64,000 nt of DNA from Candidatus Babeliales bacterium (GCA_050179755.1 JBFXEV010000001.1:1033994-1097993), one strand, 5' to 3'. Counted from the first letter of the stretch, positions 1-10,046 are shown. Notes: generated by a model from the sequence alone, not told the origin. Translations and numbers: made by a program.

Positions 1-16
1 CCTGTACCGCCCACCA

Positions 17-117
17 TCCGCCTTCGCGCAGAGCGCTATGGCGTGATGCGCAGATGAGGTTTTAACCGAATCTGAAGGCGTGATGCCACGCCATAGCTCC
101 AAAAGGAGCGACGGCGG
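17..117. repeat. Inverted pair of REP-like palindromic elements (family A)
   Basis: 17-46 tccgccttcgcgcagagcgctatggcgtga; 87-117 reverse-complements to ccgccgtcgctccttttggagctatggcgtg; near-identical copy at 13776-13805. Confidence 0.75.
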
Positions 118-149
118 GCTGTTTCTTTATTGAAATATAAAAAATTGAT

Positions 150-225
150 TCCTCGGTAGCTCAGCTGGTAGAGCACACGACTGTTAATCGTTAGGTCGCA
201 GGTTCGAGTCCTGCCCGAGGAGCCA
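150..225 (+). tRNA. tRNA-Asn(GTT)
   Basis: Cloverleaf TCCTCGG...CCGAGGA-G-CCA, D-arm AGCTCAGCTGGTAGAGC, anticodon loop CT-GTT-AA, T-loop GGTTCGAGTCC, encoded CCA. Confidence 0.97.
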
Positions 226-265
226 AACAAACGAAGTTTATTTGGCAACAAGGGCATTTGCCCGG

Positions 266-315
266 CCTGTCCGCCGTAGCTTGCCGAGCCTGAAGGCCCG
301 GATAAGCGTAGGAGG
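266..315. repeat. REP-like palindromic element (family A variant)
   Basis: cctgtccgccgtagc...gcgtaggagg; same arms as cttgtcctccgtagctttatgcgtaggag at 52890-52918. Confidence 0.6.
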
Positions 316-390
316 AAGGAGCCAAAGCTTTGAAAATTCACCTTAACTATGTATACTAACATATATAGTTTATCTTCTCATGAAATATTG

Positions 391-468
391 GGGGCTGTAG
401 CTCAGTTTGGTTAGAGCGTTCGCCTGTCACGCGAAAGGTCGCGAGTTCGAGTCTCGTCAGCCCCGCCA
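391..468 (+). tRNA. tRNA-Asp(GTC)
   Basis: Acceptor GGGGCTG/CAGCCCC-G-CCA, anticodon loop CT-GTC-AC, T-loop GTTCGAGTC. Confidence 0.97.
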
Positions 469-651
469 TAAGTTACGTTCAGTACTTTTTACTAACAAAT
501 TGAATGGCGGATAAAGCTCCCAGACGATGTTCCCAGTGGTTATCGATAAGTTCTGAAATAGAAATTTGATAATCAATCGTTTTTCCTCCATTTCTGAACT
601 CACAAAAATCTCAAAAGCTCAGCTTGCCAGATCCAGTACGTATTTTGCGGT
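457..651 (-). pseudogene. C-terminal relic of a putative large serine recombinase ending inside tRNA-Asp
   Basis: Manual translation TAKYVLDLAS*AFEIFVSSEMEEKRLIIKFLFQNLSITTGNIVWELYPPFNLLVKSTERNLWRG*; EKRxxIxxLxxN and terminal W-R-G overlapping the tRNA 3' end; one internal stop. Confidence 0.6.
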
Positions 652-787
652 ATTCTTTGCAAATATCATCCTAGCCTGTTATTTTTTCAAGAATTTTGTA
701 TAGTAAAGACATGCAAGATTTCTTAAAAATAAAAATGATATCAAGTAAAATACGTAATGAAATTCACTGTGCACAAAGGGCCCGGAA

Positions 788-1396
788 ATGATATTAAGAA
801 GCTTAGATGGCAAAAAGCGCTGTTTTGGTGGCCAACCGGGTAAAGAATTTTATGCAGAATATCATGATAATGAATGGGGCATTCCTGTTCATAATGATCA
901 GCACTTATTTGAAATGCTCATTTTGGAGGGTGCCCAAGCGGGATTAAGTTGGGAAACTATTCTTAAAAGACGTACAGGTTATCGCAAAGCTTTCCATGAT
1001 TTTGATCCAGTTAAAGTGGCGTCAATGAGCGATGCTGAACTGGATGTATTATGTTCCAACCAGGAGATTATTCGTAATAAACGCAAAATATATACCGCAC
1101 GCCAGAACGCTCAAGCTTTTTTACGCATCAAGCAAGAATTTGGATCATTTGATCAGTATCTTTGGGATTTTGTTGGTAGCAAGCCTATGGTAAATCATTG
1201 GCAGCGGTTTGAAGATGTTCCGATTACCACGGTTGAAAGTGATGCATTATCAAAAGATCTCAAAAAGCGCGGGATGGCATTTGTTGGTTCTACAATTATG
1301 TATGCATACATACAGGCGGTAGGTCTAGTCAATGACCACTTGATCGAGTGCTGGAGGTATGGCCATGCTATCGCAGATAAGCAAAATAATTATTAG
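788..1396 (+). CDS. tag: DNA-3-methyladenine glycosylase I
   Basis: YHDNEWG, LFEMLILEGAQAGLSWETIL, IIRNKRKI, GLVNDH motifs. Confidence 0.95.
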   Translation: MILRSLDGKKRCFGGQPGKEFYAEYHDNEWGIPVHNDQHLFEMLILEGAQAGLSWETILKRRTGYRKAFHDFDPVKVASMSDAELDVLCSNQEIIRNKRKIYTARQNAQAFLRIKQEFGSFDQYLWDFVGSKPMVNHWQRFEDVPITTVESDALSKDLKKRGMAFVGSTIMYAYIQAVGLVNDHLIECWRYGHAIADKQNNY

Positions 1397-2412
1397 TTTT
1401 TTGAGGAACTAGCTGATTTAGGTATCCGAGGACTTTCTTTAATTGCTTTATTGATATTATAGATAATATCTCTTTGTAATTGAGCGTCAGGTGCATCAGG
1501 AAAATATTTTTTTGCTAATGCTAATTTATCGCGAACAATTTCTGGAATTAATTGAGCAGCAACAAGCCTTCCCATATCTCTACCAAGAATATTTTGTTTT
1601 TTAGTTAAGGCAATAATTGCCGGTATTACATGCTGAATCTCACTTGGAGAAACTCTCGTGAGTAATATTCTTAGCACTCCGCTAATATTCTGAATAATAA
1701 GTTGTCTTAATTCTTCCTCTTGACGAGGCAATAGCTCTTTTGCAGCATTTAATTTTTGTGTAACTAATTCGGGAACGAGCTGAGCTGCAACAACACTGCC
1801 AACAGTTTGCCCCAGGGCTGGATTAATTAGATGTTGTATTGAGGCAAGGTTTGGCAGTATAGATACTAATTCTAGGGGGGAAACTGATGTGCTTAAAGCA
1901 CGAATAGCTTGAACATTATTCGATTGCCGGGCACCTTGCATTGGAGTCAATTCAAATTTATCAGGTGTGTTAATATTGGCACCATACGCAATAAGAATTG
2001 GAATTGCGTTTGCACCAAGAAACCCAGAAGAAACTGCAGCATGCAATGGTGTTTGGCCATTGTTATCGAGTGCCTCAATATTTGCACCAGCTTGAATGAG
2101 CGTGCTCACGCCCACAGTATTTCCAGCTCTTGCAGCGTGATGAAGAGGTGTTTGGCCTTCTAGATCTTTGTAATGTAAGTCAGCGCCATAGTTAAGAAGC
2201 TGATTAATTTGTTGTATATGGGGGTCTATCTGCTCAATGTTTCTATAATAAGGCACAGATCCGGCTAGACTCAATAATATTTCATTCCTGATATCTTGGG
2301 ATCTCCCTTTACTATCTTGTGTTAACTGTACAGGTTCTTGCATAGCATGCACTAAGCAAGTCTGTGGCAGCATTAAGCCAATTAAGATAAATAACATACG
2401 TTTTCTATTCAT
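1393..2412 (-). CDS. Secreted ankyrin-repeat protein with two copies of a C-terminal helical domain
   Basis: Signal peptide; GQTPLHHAA and GQTPLHAAV repeats; duplicated SPxE...AAQLxPE...KL unit. Confidence 0.9.
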   Translation of the reverse strand: MNRKRMLFILIGLMLPQTCLVHAMQEPVQLTQDSKGRSQDIRNEILLSLAGSVPYYRNIEQIDPHIQQINQLLNYGADLHYKDLEGQTPLHHAARAGNTVGVSTLIQAGANIEALDNNGQTPLHAAVSSGFLGANAIPILIAYGANINTPDKFELTPMQGARQSNNVQAIRALSTSVSPLELVSILPNLASIQHLINPALGQTVGSVVAAQLVPELVTQKLNAAKELLPRQEEELRQLIIQNISGVLRILLTRVSPSEIQHVIPAIIALTKKQNILGRDMGRLVAAQLIPEIVRDKLALAKKYFPDAPDAQLQRDIIYNINKAIKESPRIPKSASSSKN

Positions 2413-2596
2413 GGTAATCCTTTTTTATCCGTAAATGAGCAGATAAGCCATATCTGGGGCATACTTTCTCACTTTCAAAGTACCAAATCTGAGGCATAAA
2501 AAGCAATGGTTTGGGGGCAAGAAGCCCCTTTGTTTCAGGTTTTTTACTCTTGAGCCTTGCGCAAATTTTGAGTTGCCTGGGCAAGGTTAGTAATGC

Positions 2597-3289
2597 TTAA
2601 TTATGGCTGTCTGCAGTGCATGAATTATTCTTTAATGCCGCTTTGTGACGCATTTCTAGAAACAATTGAGATGTTTTCAGCCTTCTAACTTTTTCCTTTT
2701 GGTCAGCATCGTGCCATGCATTTTGTAAGTATTTAATTGTTTCATAGCCACCAAAGATAATTCCTGGTATAACGCTCCCTATCACATTAATACTCAATGA
2801 AGCAGCATCAATACTTGTGGGCGTTTGCTGCAGTTGGCAATAGGAAAGTATGCTTAACGTGAGATTTACTACGGAGAAAGCGGTGACAGCTGCTGGAAAT
2901 ACTACTGTTCTATAGCGGGGGCAACACCGTGCACATTTCTTGGTGGCAATGCGATCTTGCTGCAAATTTACTTGCTCGTGAGTATAGTTGAGTGCATGGA
3001 GTAATTGGTGAGTGCACTGCGCAGTATCCGTCTGATTAATCTCGTTTGCATCTTGTTTGAATAGTTGACTGAGTTCCAGTATATTGCCATCTCCTATGTG
3101 TTTTTTTAATTCAACAGATAATGCGGTTGAGGCTTTCCCTTCTTCGATACTAACATTAACTTCAGGGGTCTGCTGGGATATAGTTGCAAGAGCAGTTCCT
3201 TGCACCTCCATCCCATTGAGTGTATGGCCTAATGCACAGGGTAAAACAACTATTGATTTGCATAACAAATATAAAAAGAGATTGTTCAT
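2597..3289 (-). CDS. Hypothetical exported protein with two hydrophobic helices
   Basis: 230-aa ORF, N-terminal signal-like segment, two internal TM-like segments. Confidence 0.7.
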   Translation of the reverse strand: MNNLFLYLLCKSIVVLPCALGHTLNGMEVQGTALATISQQTPEVNVSIEEGKASTALSVELKKHIGDGNILELSQLFKQDANEINQTDTAQCTHQLLHALNYTHEQVNLQQDRIATKKCARCCPRYRTVVFPAAVTAFSVVNLTLSILSYCQLQQTPTSIDAASLSINVIGSVIPGIIFGGYETIKYLQNAWHDADQKEKVRRLKTSQLFLEMRHKAALKNNSCTADSHN

Positions 3290-3477
3290 TTATTTTTCTT
3301 TTAAGAGTAAATCTTTTGGTACATAAAAATGCATAATTACAAAGCGTTGTTATTTTATCTGTGCATTCAAGAGTCGATTCATTTTGCCAAAAAAAATTGA
3401 CTTTATGTGTTTGAATAATGCTGCAATAAGCATTTGCTTAGATAAATAATGTGTGTGGTATGCAATGTAGATGTTAT

Positions 3478-3864
3478 TTAGAATGTAAGGCAGGCGGGGG
3501 GAGCTCGTAAAAACCGTGTCGTAAGAGAAATGACTTGTATAAAAGAGGTGAATTCTTCTTTTCTAAGAGTATTGAGTATTTGTAGCTTTAATAAGGTGGG
3601 GACAAATTTTTTAAAGGCAGTGGAAAGCCGCTGAGCAAATAACAATCGTTGGGGTTTGTGATTTTGTAATTGTGTAAGCGGTTGATAGCACTGTGCTTGA
3701 TCAAGGTGGGCTACTTTTGCCGCGGCAGAGATTGCTACTTGCTTGGATGGAGTGCTTGCAACGTATGAAGAATCTTGCGCCTGTGCCCCACGAGGCACTA
3801 AAAATGCCTCGAGTAAAAATAAGATTATTAGAAATTTTTTTAGCACATTAAATCCAGTTACCAA
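3478..3864 (-). CDS. Small signal-peptide protein ending in RAPP (candidate arrest peptide); start uncertain
   Basis: KKFLIILFLLEAFLVPRGAQA signal; C-terminal FLRAPPACLTF. Confidence 0.6.
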   Translation of the reverse strand: MVTGFNVLKKFLIILFLLEAFLVPRGAQAQDSSYVASTPSKQVAISAAAKVAHLDQAQCYQPLTQLQNHKPQRLLFAQRLSTAFKKFVPTLLKLQILNTLRKEEFTSFIQVISLTTRFLRAPPACLTF

Positions 3865-3928
3865 TAGAGTATATATGTTACCTTACCATTCTATGGTAAA
3901 AAGTACAATTGTTTAAACATTAGTAACT

Positions 3929-4408
3929 CTAAAATGTGCGTGGTTCTGTAAAATCGAGCACCTGCGCATTAGTAATGCGCATAAGATCCTGCGTGTTAAT
4001 CTTTAGGGTTGTTTTTGGAGCGCCTGAACCGCCATAACAATACGTGTTTTTTAGCACGGCTTCATCAACGATGGTTGGTACATCAAGATTGATTAAACAA
4101 ACCTCACCAATAGTTGCACCGGTGATTTCTTTAATAGTCTGTGGATCAGCCATACTGATATCTTTAACATCAAGTGCATGTTTTAATTTTTTAAATGAAA
4201 TCTTGGTATTTCCTGCAATAATGGCAGCTAGATAACCATCTTTTGTTTTTAATATGAGGGTAGGTGCAGCTTCGTGAAGTGCAATACCATATTGATTAGC
4301 ACCACTTTGTGCAGTTGCAAGACTAATTTCATCAGTAAGAATAGTAAAGTCTATGTTTTCTTTTTGAAGTAAGTTTTTTAATTGTTCTAATTTAATTGTT
4401 TCATTCAT
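3929..4408 (-). CDS. YbaK/EbsC-family aminoacyl-tRNA deacylase-like protein
   Basis: ISFKKLK...ADPQTIKEITGATIGEV, YCYGGSG; the usual conserved Lys (xKT) appears as APTL. Confidence 0.85.
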   Translation of the reverse strand: MNETIKLEQLKNLLQKENIDFTILTDEISLATAQSGANQYGIALHEAAPTLILKTKDGYLAAIIAGNTKISFKKLKHALDVKDISMADPQTIKEITGATIGEVCLINLDVPTIVDEAVLKNTYCYGGSGAPKTTLKINTQDLMRITNAQVLDFTEPRTF

Positions 4409-4856
4409 ATTTAAATCTCTTTACTATACCAAAATGATAGTTTTTCTTTTCTCGTTCTTTGGTAAGTTCCACAAACGCCCATGCACCCATAAACATAGCA
4501 AGCGCCCGTAAAGCTGTGTCATACTGTGAAACGGGTACGTAGCCTAGAGGTACATACCATCCTATGCTTATCAAATTAATAATTACCACCATGAGTAATG
4601 CCATGGTAATATAGCCGCCAAGCAGAGGTTTTATAAATACAAGCAGCCCTGTGGCAATTTCTAGTGCAGCAAGCATATACATAAATTGTGCCATTTCCAA
4701 ATGCAGTAATTTGGGAATATAGGGGTTAATATAATGCTGCCACTGCGCAAATATATTGCAGCATTTATCAATACCTACAATAATTGAAAATAGGCCATAG
4801 GTATAATACAATATATACCACGCTTTTTGTAGGTGAGCGCGCATTTGCGAGGCCAT
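4401..4856 (-). CDS. DoxX-like membrane protein
   Basis: Four hydrophobic segments, GIDK...W..YI.P and EIATG motifs. Confidence 0.65.
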   Translation of the reverse strand: MASQMRAHLQKAWYILYYTYGLFSIIVGIDKCCNIFAQWQHYINPYIPKLLHLEMAQFMYMLAALEIATGLLVFIKPLLGGYITMALLMVVIINLISIGWYVPLGYVPVSQYDTALRALAMFMGAWAFVELTKEREKKNYHFGIVKRFKYE

Positions 4857-4870
4857 TTTTTGCTCCCGTA

Positions 4871-5764
4871 TTACGTTAACACGCCTTTGGCAAGTAACAA
4901 GTTTTCTATTTCTGTATTATGTTGTTCACGCGCGTAAGAAAGTGCTGTATAGCCTAGGTCGTCTTCACGAGCGATATCAGCATTATGTTCAAGTAAATAT
5001 GCCACAAGCTCTTTATGGTTGCCTTGCACTGCCATAATGAGCGGTGTTTGGCCGTTTTGATCTTGAGCATCGATATTATAACCGTGTGCAGCTAGTAGCT
5101 TTACAATTTCTATGTGCTCTTGCATACAAGCTTCTACCAAGAGTGGTGGGTTTTGTTCATAATTTCTGCAATCTGCACCTTTTGCTAGCAAATAGGCAAC
5201 AATTTCACTATTGCCTGACGCAACAGCATTGTAAAGCGGTGCATATGATTCTTCAGGGCTAAGCGTAACGCCATGTTCTACTAAAAATTGCACAACATCA
5301 AGGTGGCCTGCACGGCAAGCAACGGGCAATGGTGTTTCAAAAGCGTTATACATATTATCCGCAATTGGTTGTGTTTCTTCTTGCACGTTAGCGCCATGAG
5401 CAACAAGTAATTCTAAAAGTGCAAGATGGCCAAACGCAGCTGCTTGATGGAGTGGCGTCCAGCCAGCTTCATAACTTTTTGCATGTACGTCAGCGCCGTG
5501 TTCTAAAAGTAATTTTGCAAGTGCCAGATCGCCTTTTTGTGCTGCTGCATGCAGTGCACTTTCACCTTCATAATCATTTACATTAATGCCTGTTGCAAGC
5601 AATTGTTCAACTTCTTCATATGATCCGTTCATAACGGCATCCCATAATGATGAATAACTAGTTGTCTCTGCCGATTCGGTTTGGATATGAGTAGCATCTT
5701 TTTGCAAGATAATAATGCTCAGTATGGTGATGATGATGCCGGTGGTAAGAAGTTTTTTGAGCAT
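4871..5764 (-). CDS. Ankyrin-repeat protein with N-terminal signal/anchor
   Basis: About seven ankyrin repeats (SALHAAA, WTPLHQAA, QTPLIMAV). Confidence 0.95.
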   Translation of the reverse strand: MLKKLLTTGIIITILSIIILQKDATHIQTESAETTSYSSLWDAVMNGSYEEVEQLLATGINVNDYEGESALHAAAQKGDLALAKLLLEHGADVHAKSYEAGWTPLHQAAAFGHLALLELLVAHGANVQEETQPIADNMYNAFETPLPVACRAGHLDVVQFLVEHGVTLSPEESYAPLYNAVASGNSEIVAYLLAKGADCRNYEQNPPLLVEACMQEHIEIVKLLAAHGYNIDAQDQNGQTPLIMAVQGNHKELVAYLLEHNADIAREDDLGYTALSYAREQHNTEIENLLLAKGVLT

Positions 5765-5941
5765 AGAAGATCCTTTTTTGTTATGTAATTTTATATGCTA
5801 GTTCTAATATAACCAGGTATTGTATGTATAAGCAAGTGCTGTAATGCACAAGAGTTTTTAAAATGTGATTAGTGTTGTGCTATTTGACAGTCGTTTGCAG
5901 TTGTTGCACACTTTGTAATAGTAAAAATGTAAGGATTTGGC

Positions 5942-6913
5942 ATGTCATATACTAGAATATTTTTGTTGGCTCTTTGGCTAACTTGTGCATGTAGGAGCGC
6001 GCTCTCAAGCCCACCATTGCTTGCAGTGCATGATGAAGCAAGTATTTGCAATGCCCTGTGTAATGAACTGCCTTCATTATCTATTCAGTCTTGCAAGTTA
6101 CTTATGAGTGGGTGGGATAATACGGTGGTAGAAGTAAACGGCCACTGGATTTTCCGTTTTCCACGCAAAGAACACATGGCTGTTACTCTTGAGCGTGAAA
6201 TCAAATTGCTTGATCGCCTACAAGGAAAAACATCGCTGTGCGTACCACACTATATTTTTATTGGTAAAGAGGTGGCTATGGTAGGCTATGCAAAATTGCA
6301 GGGAACAGATTTTTTAGCGCCAGATTATGCACTATTAGCAGAGCATGAAAAACAAGATATTGCACAATCGATCGCACAGTTTGCAACGCAACTACATAGA
6401 GCCATTTCTTTTGATGAAGCGCGTGTTCTTGGTTACGGTGACTATTGCCCACCGCTTGATGCTATTGAATGCAACATACTTGGTGCGTTACCTTCTCCAG
6501 AACTTGAATCTATGGTGCAATCTGCGGTTAGGTATGCAAGAAGTCATGCTCGTAAAGCAGCACGCCTTGCTCTTATTCATAATGATTTACATGGCGAAAA
6601 TATGGCATATAATTCTTTAGAAAAAAAAATTGTAGGCATATTTGATTTTTCAGATGTCATTATCGCGGATGTTGCCATTGAATTTGCCAAATTATTTTTG
6701 ATAGATGTTGATCTTGCTCTACGCACAATTTGTGAATATGAACTTTTGACGGGCCATACAGATATGGTGATGGTTGCAGCAACAGATTATGTTATTCGGC
6801 GTGCAACGTATGTGCTTGAATTTAGGCGAAATGGCGAGTTTGCAAAAGAAGCGGAAATGATAAACATGCTTGCATCATTTTTACCTCTATGGCACGAACT
6901 TTCATCTTTTTAA
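5942..6913 (+). CDS. Aminoglycoside phosphotransferase/choline-kinase family protein with signal peptide
   Basis: GWDN...WIFRFPR, HNDLHGEN, GIFDFSD. Confidence 0.85.
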   Translation: MSYTRIFLLALWLTCACRSALSSPPLLAVHDEASICNALCNELPSLSIQSCKLLMSGWDNTVVEVNGHWIFRFPRKEHMAVTLEREIKLLDRLQGKTSLCVPHYIFIGKEVAMVGYAKLQGTDFLAPDYALLAEHEKQDIAQSIAQFATQLHRAISFDEARVLGYGDYCPPLDAIECNILGALPSPELESMVQSAVRYARSHARKAARLALIHNDLHGENMAYNSLEKKIVGIFDFSDVIIADVAIEFAKLFLIDVDLALRTICEYELLTGHTDMVMVAATDYVIRRATYVLEFRRNGEFAKEAEMINMLASFLPLWHELSSF

Positions 6914-8125
6914 CAATAAGATTAGTAAGCTTGAAAGAAGACTCAGTATAAATGCATACAGAAATGCAATTTGATGCCCGAGGTTCGACCAAAGTGCTCC
7001 AATAACAATGCTTGCAAGTAAATTTGCAACACCGTCCATACTTTGTAAAAAGCCAAAACCTATGCCGCGTACATGTATTGGTAAAAGTTCCGCTGTATAT
7101 GATTTTCCTACAGCGGTGATAATGCCAGCGCTTAGACCTGCGCTGACAAAAATGACGAGCCAGAATAGCATATTCGCTTTTGCAAAAATCATGCATAATG
7201 TAACGATCGAGAATAGTGCGTAGCCAAAGGACATGATAAATTTTCTGTTTATAAAGTCACTGATCGAGCCACTGCATAATTCTGCAAAGGATCGCACTAC
7301 ATTAAAGAGCACATAAAGTAGTATTGCCCGACTTGACGCAATTAAAGTTGAATTGCCTGCAGCTTGGAATACTTCTTGCGCGCGATACATGATGAGCGTT
7401 TTATGAAAATTTGAAATACCAAAAATAAACATTACCAATACAAAATAGTTAAAATTGTTTGGTAATGCTCTAAGATGTGCCATAAAAGAACCATTTACTC
7501 TTTCAATCGAAGGTGCTTTATAATTACTGGTGAAGAATAAGACAATCAACACGGAGATAATGCCAGGAATAAATGCAATTGCGTAATTAAAGCGCATAGT
7601 AAAAAGCTGGATAGTAAAAAAAGCAACCAAGGGACCTGCAATAGCTCCTAATGTATCAAGCGCTCGTTCTAAACCAAAAACTTTGCCATAATACTGAGGT
7701 AAAGAAATATTAGTCAACCAAACGTCACGCAACGGTTCTCGCAAGCCACGGCCCATCCATGCCAAAGCTTGATAGATAAATACTTGCCAAATATAGGTGG
7801 CAGTGCCCGTTAAGCTGACGAACAAAGTAATGACAAAATAGCCCAAGACAACAAATGGTTTAAAGTTGATGATATGATGGCTAAGCCATCCGGAGACTAG
7901 TTTCATGGCGCTTGAAGCAGCATCAGCAAATCCGGTAATTATACCCAGTGCCAAGGGTGCATGTGCCACCCCAGTGAATTGCTGCACAAATGTAGGTAAT
8001 AAAGCAGTTGACATTTCATGGCAAAAATTACTAAAAAAACTAGTAAAGCTAAAAGCTAAAAGATCTCTTGAAAGCCAACTGGTTGCTGCCAATGAGCGTA
8101 ATGGGTTGAGGTATGGTCTGTGCAT
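6902..8125 (-). CDS. MFS transporter
   Basis: About 12 TM segments; GRGLREPLRD, FGLERALDTLGAIAGP. Confidence 0.9.
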   Translation of the reverse strand: MHRPYLNPLRSLAATSWLSRDLLAFSFTSFFSNFCHEMSTALLPTFVQQFTGVAHAPLALGIITGFADAASSAMKLVSGWLSHHIINFKPFVVLGYFVITLFVSLTGTATYIWQVFIYQALAWMGRGLREPLRDVWLTNISLPQYYGKVFGLERALDTLGAIAGPLVAFFTIQLFTMRFNYAIAFIPGIISVLIVLFFTSNYKAPSIERVNGSFMAHLRALPNNFNYFVLVMFIFGISNFHKTLIMYRAQEVFQAAGNSTLIASSRAILLYVLFNVVRSFAELCSGSISDFINRKFIMSFGYALFSIVTLCMIFAKANMLFWLVIFVSAGLSAGIITAVGKSYTAELLPIHVRGIGFGFLQSMDGVANLLASIVIGALWSNLGHQIAFLYAFILSLLSSLLILLLKR

Positions 8126-8267
8126 AGTAGATATCCTTTTTTTTACTCTAGCACGTGACTAACTACATTTAATAGAGTTACGTTTCTTTTGATATAACTC
8201 TTTAAATCATTATTTGCTTTTGCTATGCTGGTGTAATATAATTAAAAACCTTGTCTGCGGAGGATAT

Positions 8268-8981
8268 ATGAGTAGGCACTTTTCTTTTATAGTAATTTGT
8301 GGTGGCATTATTCTGCAGGCAACATTAGTGCATGCGCATCAACGCATGGTAATTTCTGGTGGCCCTGGTATTGGCAAAACTACCGTGCTTAAAGAATTGC
8401 GCAAGCGAGGATATCAAACAATTTCAGAAACGTTTACTTCATTATTCGAGCAAGCGGCAACGCAAGATGCATTGGATGTTTTTTTTAACGGGCCAAAACA
8501 ATTAGAAATGCTTTTTCTTACTGAACAAGTGCGTAAAGAATCATTACTAGCGCCCCAGCTGCCTGCGTTTCTTGATAGATCAGTTGTTGATATCATGGCA
8601 TATGGTTATTATTTGCACGTGCCGATATCAGATGAAATGCTCCGGCTATCTGATAGAAAGTATGATTTAGTATTTTTTCTTGAGCCGCTGCCAGAAGAAT
8701 ATTATAGAAATTCGTCTGTACGTAGAGAATCACGGGAGGTAGCTCTTGATATTCACCAGATGCTTAAAGCTGCCTACATGCAACGTGGTTATTATCCACA
8801 TCAAATGATTGATGTGCCATTTGGCACACCGCAAGAACGTGCGCAATTTATTATTGATGTAATGTTAGAGCGCTGTTTTCATATTGATGTGTTTGATAGT
8901 TTTGCAACTCAGAATGCATCAAACAAAGGCATATTCTTAGTGAATGTATTGCGTTTCCTTTCTCATATGCAAGTAGCATGA
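8268..8981 (+). CDS. AAA_28 (NadR/Ttd14-like) P-loop NTPase with signal peptide
   Basis: ISGGPGIGKTT, FLDRS, YDLVFFL; start moved to ATG 8268 behind GGAGG. Confidence 0.85.
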   Translation: MSRHFSFIVICGGIILQATLVHAHQRMVISGGPGIGKTTVLKELRKRGYQTISETFTSLFEQAATQDALDVFFNGPKQLEMLFLTEQVRKESLLAPQLPAFLDRSVVDIMAYGYYLHVPISDEMLRLSDRKYDLVFFLEPLPEEYYRNSSVRRESREVALDIHQMLKAAYMQRGYYPHQMIDVPFGTPQERAQFIIDVMLERCFHIDVFDSFATQNASNKGIFLVNVLRFLSHMQVA

Positions 8982-9595
8982 TAATTAAAGCAGTATTTTT
9001 TGTGAGCCTAACGTCAATTTCTCTTCCGGCAGCATGTGATGCTAAACGATTTGTTATAACGGGCGGGCCAGGCGTAGGCAAAACAACGCTTATTAATGAA
9101 TTGAAACAACAAGGATATCAAACTGTTCCCGAGATATATGGCGAGCTTTATGCGCATGCAGTAGCGCACAATATGCTTGCTAGTTTTTTTGCAGATCCTT
9201 GCGCATTATATACTCAGCTACTTGAGGAGCAAATTAAGTATGAATCTTTGTTAGATATGCACATGCCTGCTTTTCTTGATAGATCAGCAATTGATATATT
9301 AGCGTTTGCGCAGTATTTTAATGTGCCTCTATCTGAGCAATTTTGTGAACGCGCGCTCAGAGAGTATGATACAATATTTCTTTTAGACCCACTTCCACGG
9401 CACTTATATGAGCAATGCGCACGACGCAAAGAAACGCAAGAAGAAGCAGCTTGCTTGCATGCAATGATTAAGTTGATGTATATAAGTAAGGGGTATCAAG
9501 AACAGCAACTCATAGATGTACCTTTTGGAACTCCTTTACAACGCATTGAATTTATATTTGCAGCACTAAAATCAATTAATGGCATTGTTCCATGA
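8978..9595 (+). CDS. AAA_28 P-loop NTPase, tandem paralog, with signal peptide
   Basis: ITGGPGVGKTT, FLDRS, DVPFGTP shared with the upstream gene. Confidence 0.85.
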   Translation: MIIKAVFFVSLTSISLPAACDAKRFVITGGPGVGKTTLINELKQQGYQTVPEIYGELYAHAVAHNMLASFFADPCALYTQLLEEQIKYESLLDMHMPAFLDRSAIDILAFAQYFNVPLSEQFCERALREYDTIFLLDPLPRHLYEQCARRKETQEEAACLHAMIKLMYISKGYQEQQLIDVPFGTPLQRIEFIFAALKSINGIVP

Positions 9596-9665
9596 TGCCA
9601 ATAAAAAAGAAACTCATCTGGTATACTAAAAATACTGTTAATCTCAAGTTCATAAAGGAGTAGCA

Positions 9666-9989
9666 ATGAACGTTCTTGTTTCAAATCAATTTTTACATAC
9701 CATTCGCGATGCAATAGGTCTTATTGGCGTGGCCATTATTTGCATTGGTGCAATACGGGCAGTATATCAATTGTATAAAGGATTTGTGGATCACGCATAT
9801 GATATGAATGCTGTGCGGTTAGGGTTTGGCGATAGCATCATTCTTGGTTTAGAATTTATGATGGGCGCCGATATTATTGCTTCGCTCGTGGCACCCGACT
9901 ATTATAACCTTGGTCTTTTGGCAATTATTGTGGTCATTCGCACGGTTTTAAGTTATTTTTTAAGCCGAGAATTAGAGCAGCGCGCATAA
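9666..9989 (+). CDS. DUF1622-family membrane protein
   Basis: R.....ILGLEFMMGADII and IRTVLSYFLSRE motifs. Confidence 0.85.
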   Translation: MNVLVSNQFLHTIRDAIGLIGVAIICIGAIRAVYQLYKGFVDHAYDMNAVRLGFGDSIILGLEFMMGADIIASLVAPDYYNLGLLAIIVVIRTVLSYFLSRELEQRA

Positions 9990-9994
9990 TACAT

Positions 9995-10046
9995 CACTCA
10001 CTCTGAGTGTTTTTCCGATGGGAAAAGTATCGAAGGGTTTTGAGCG
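9995..10046. repeat. REP-like palindromic element (family B variant)
   Basis: cactcactctgagtg-hairpin(ttttcc/ggaaaa)-gtatcgaaggg..tgagcg; same architecture as 52828-52881. Confidence 0.55.

Noticed and set aside
36..362. 108-aa minus-strand ORF
   Set aside because: Antisense to tRNA-Asn and palindromic repeats; shadow ORF
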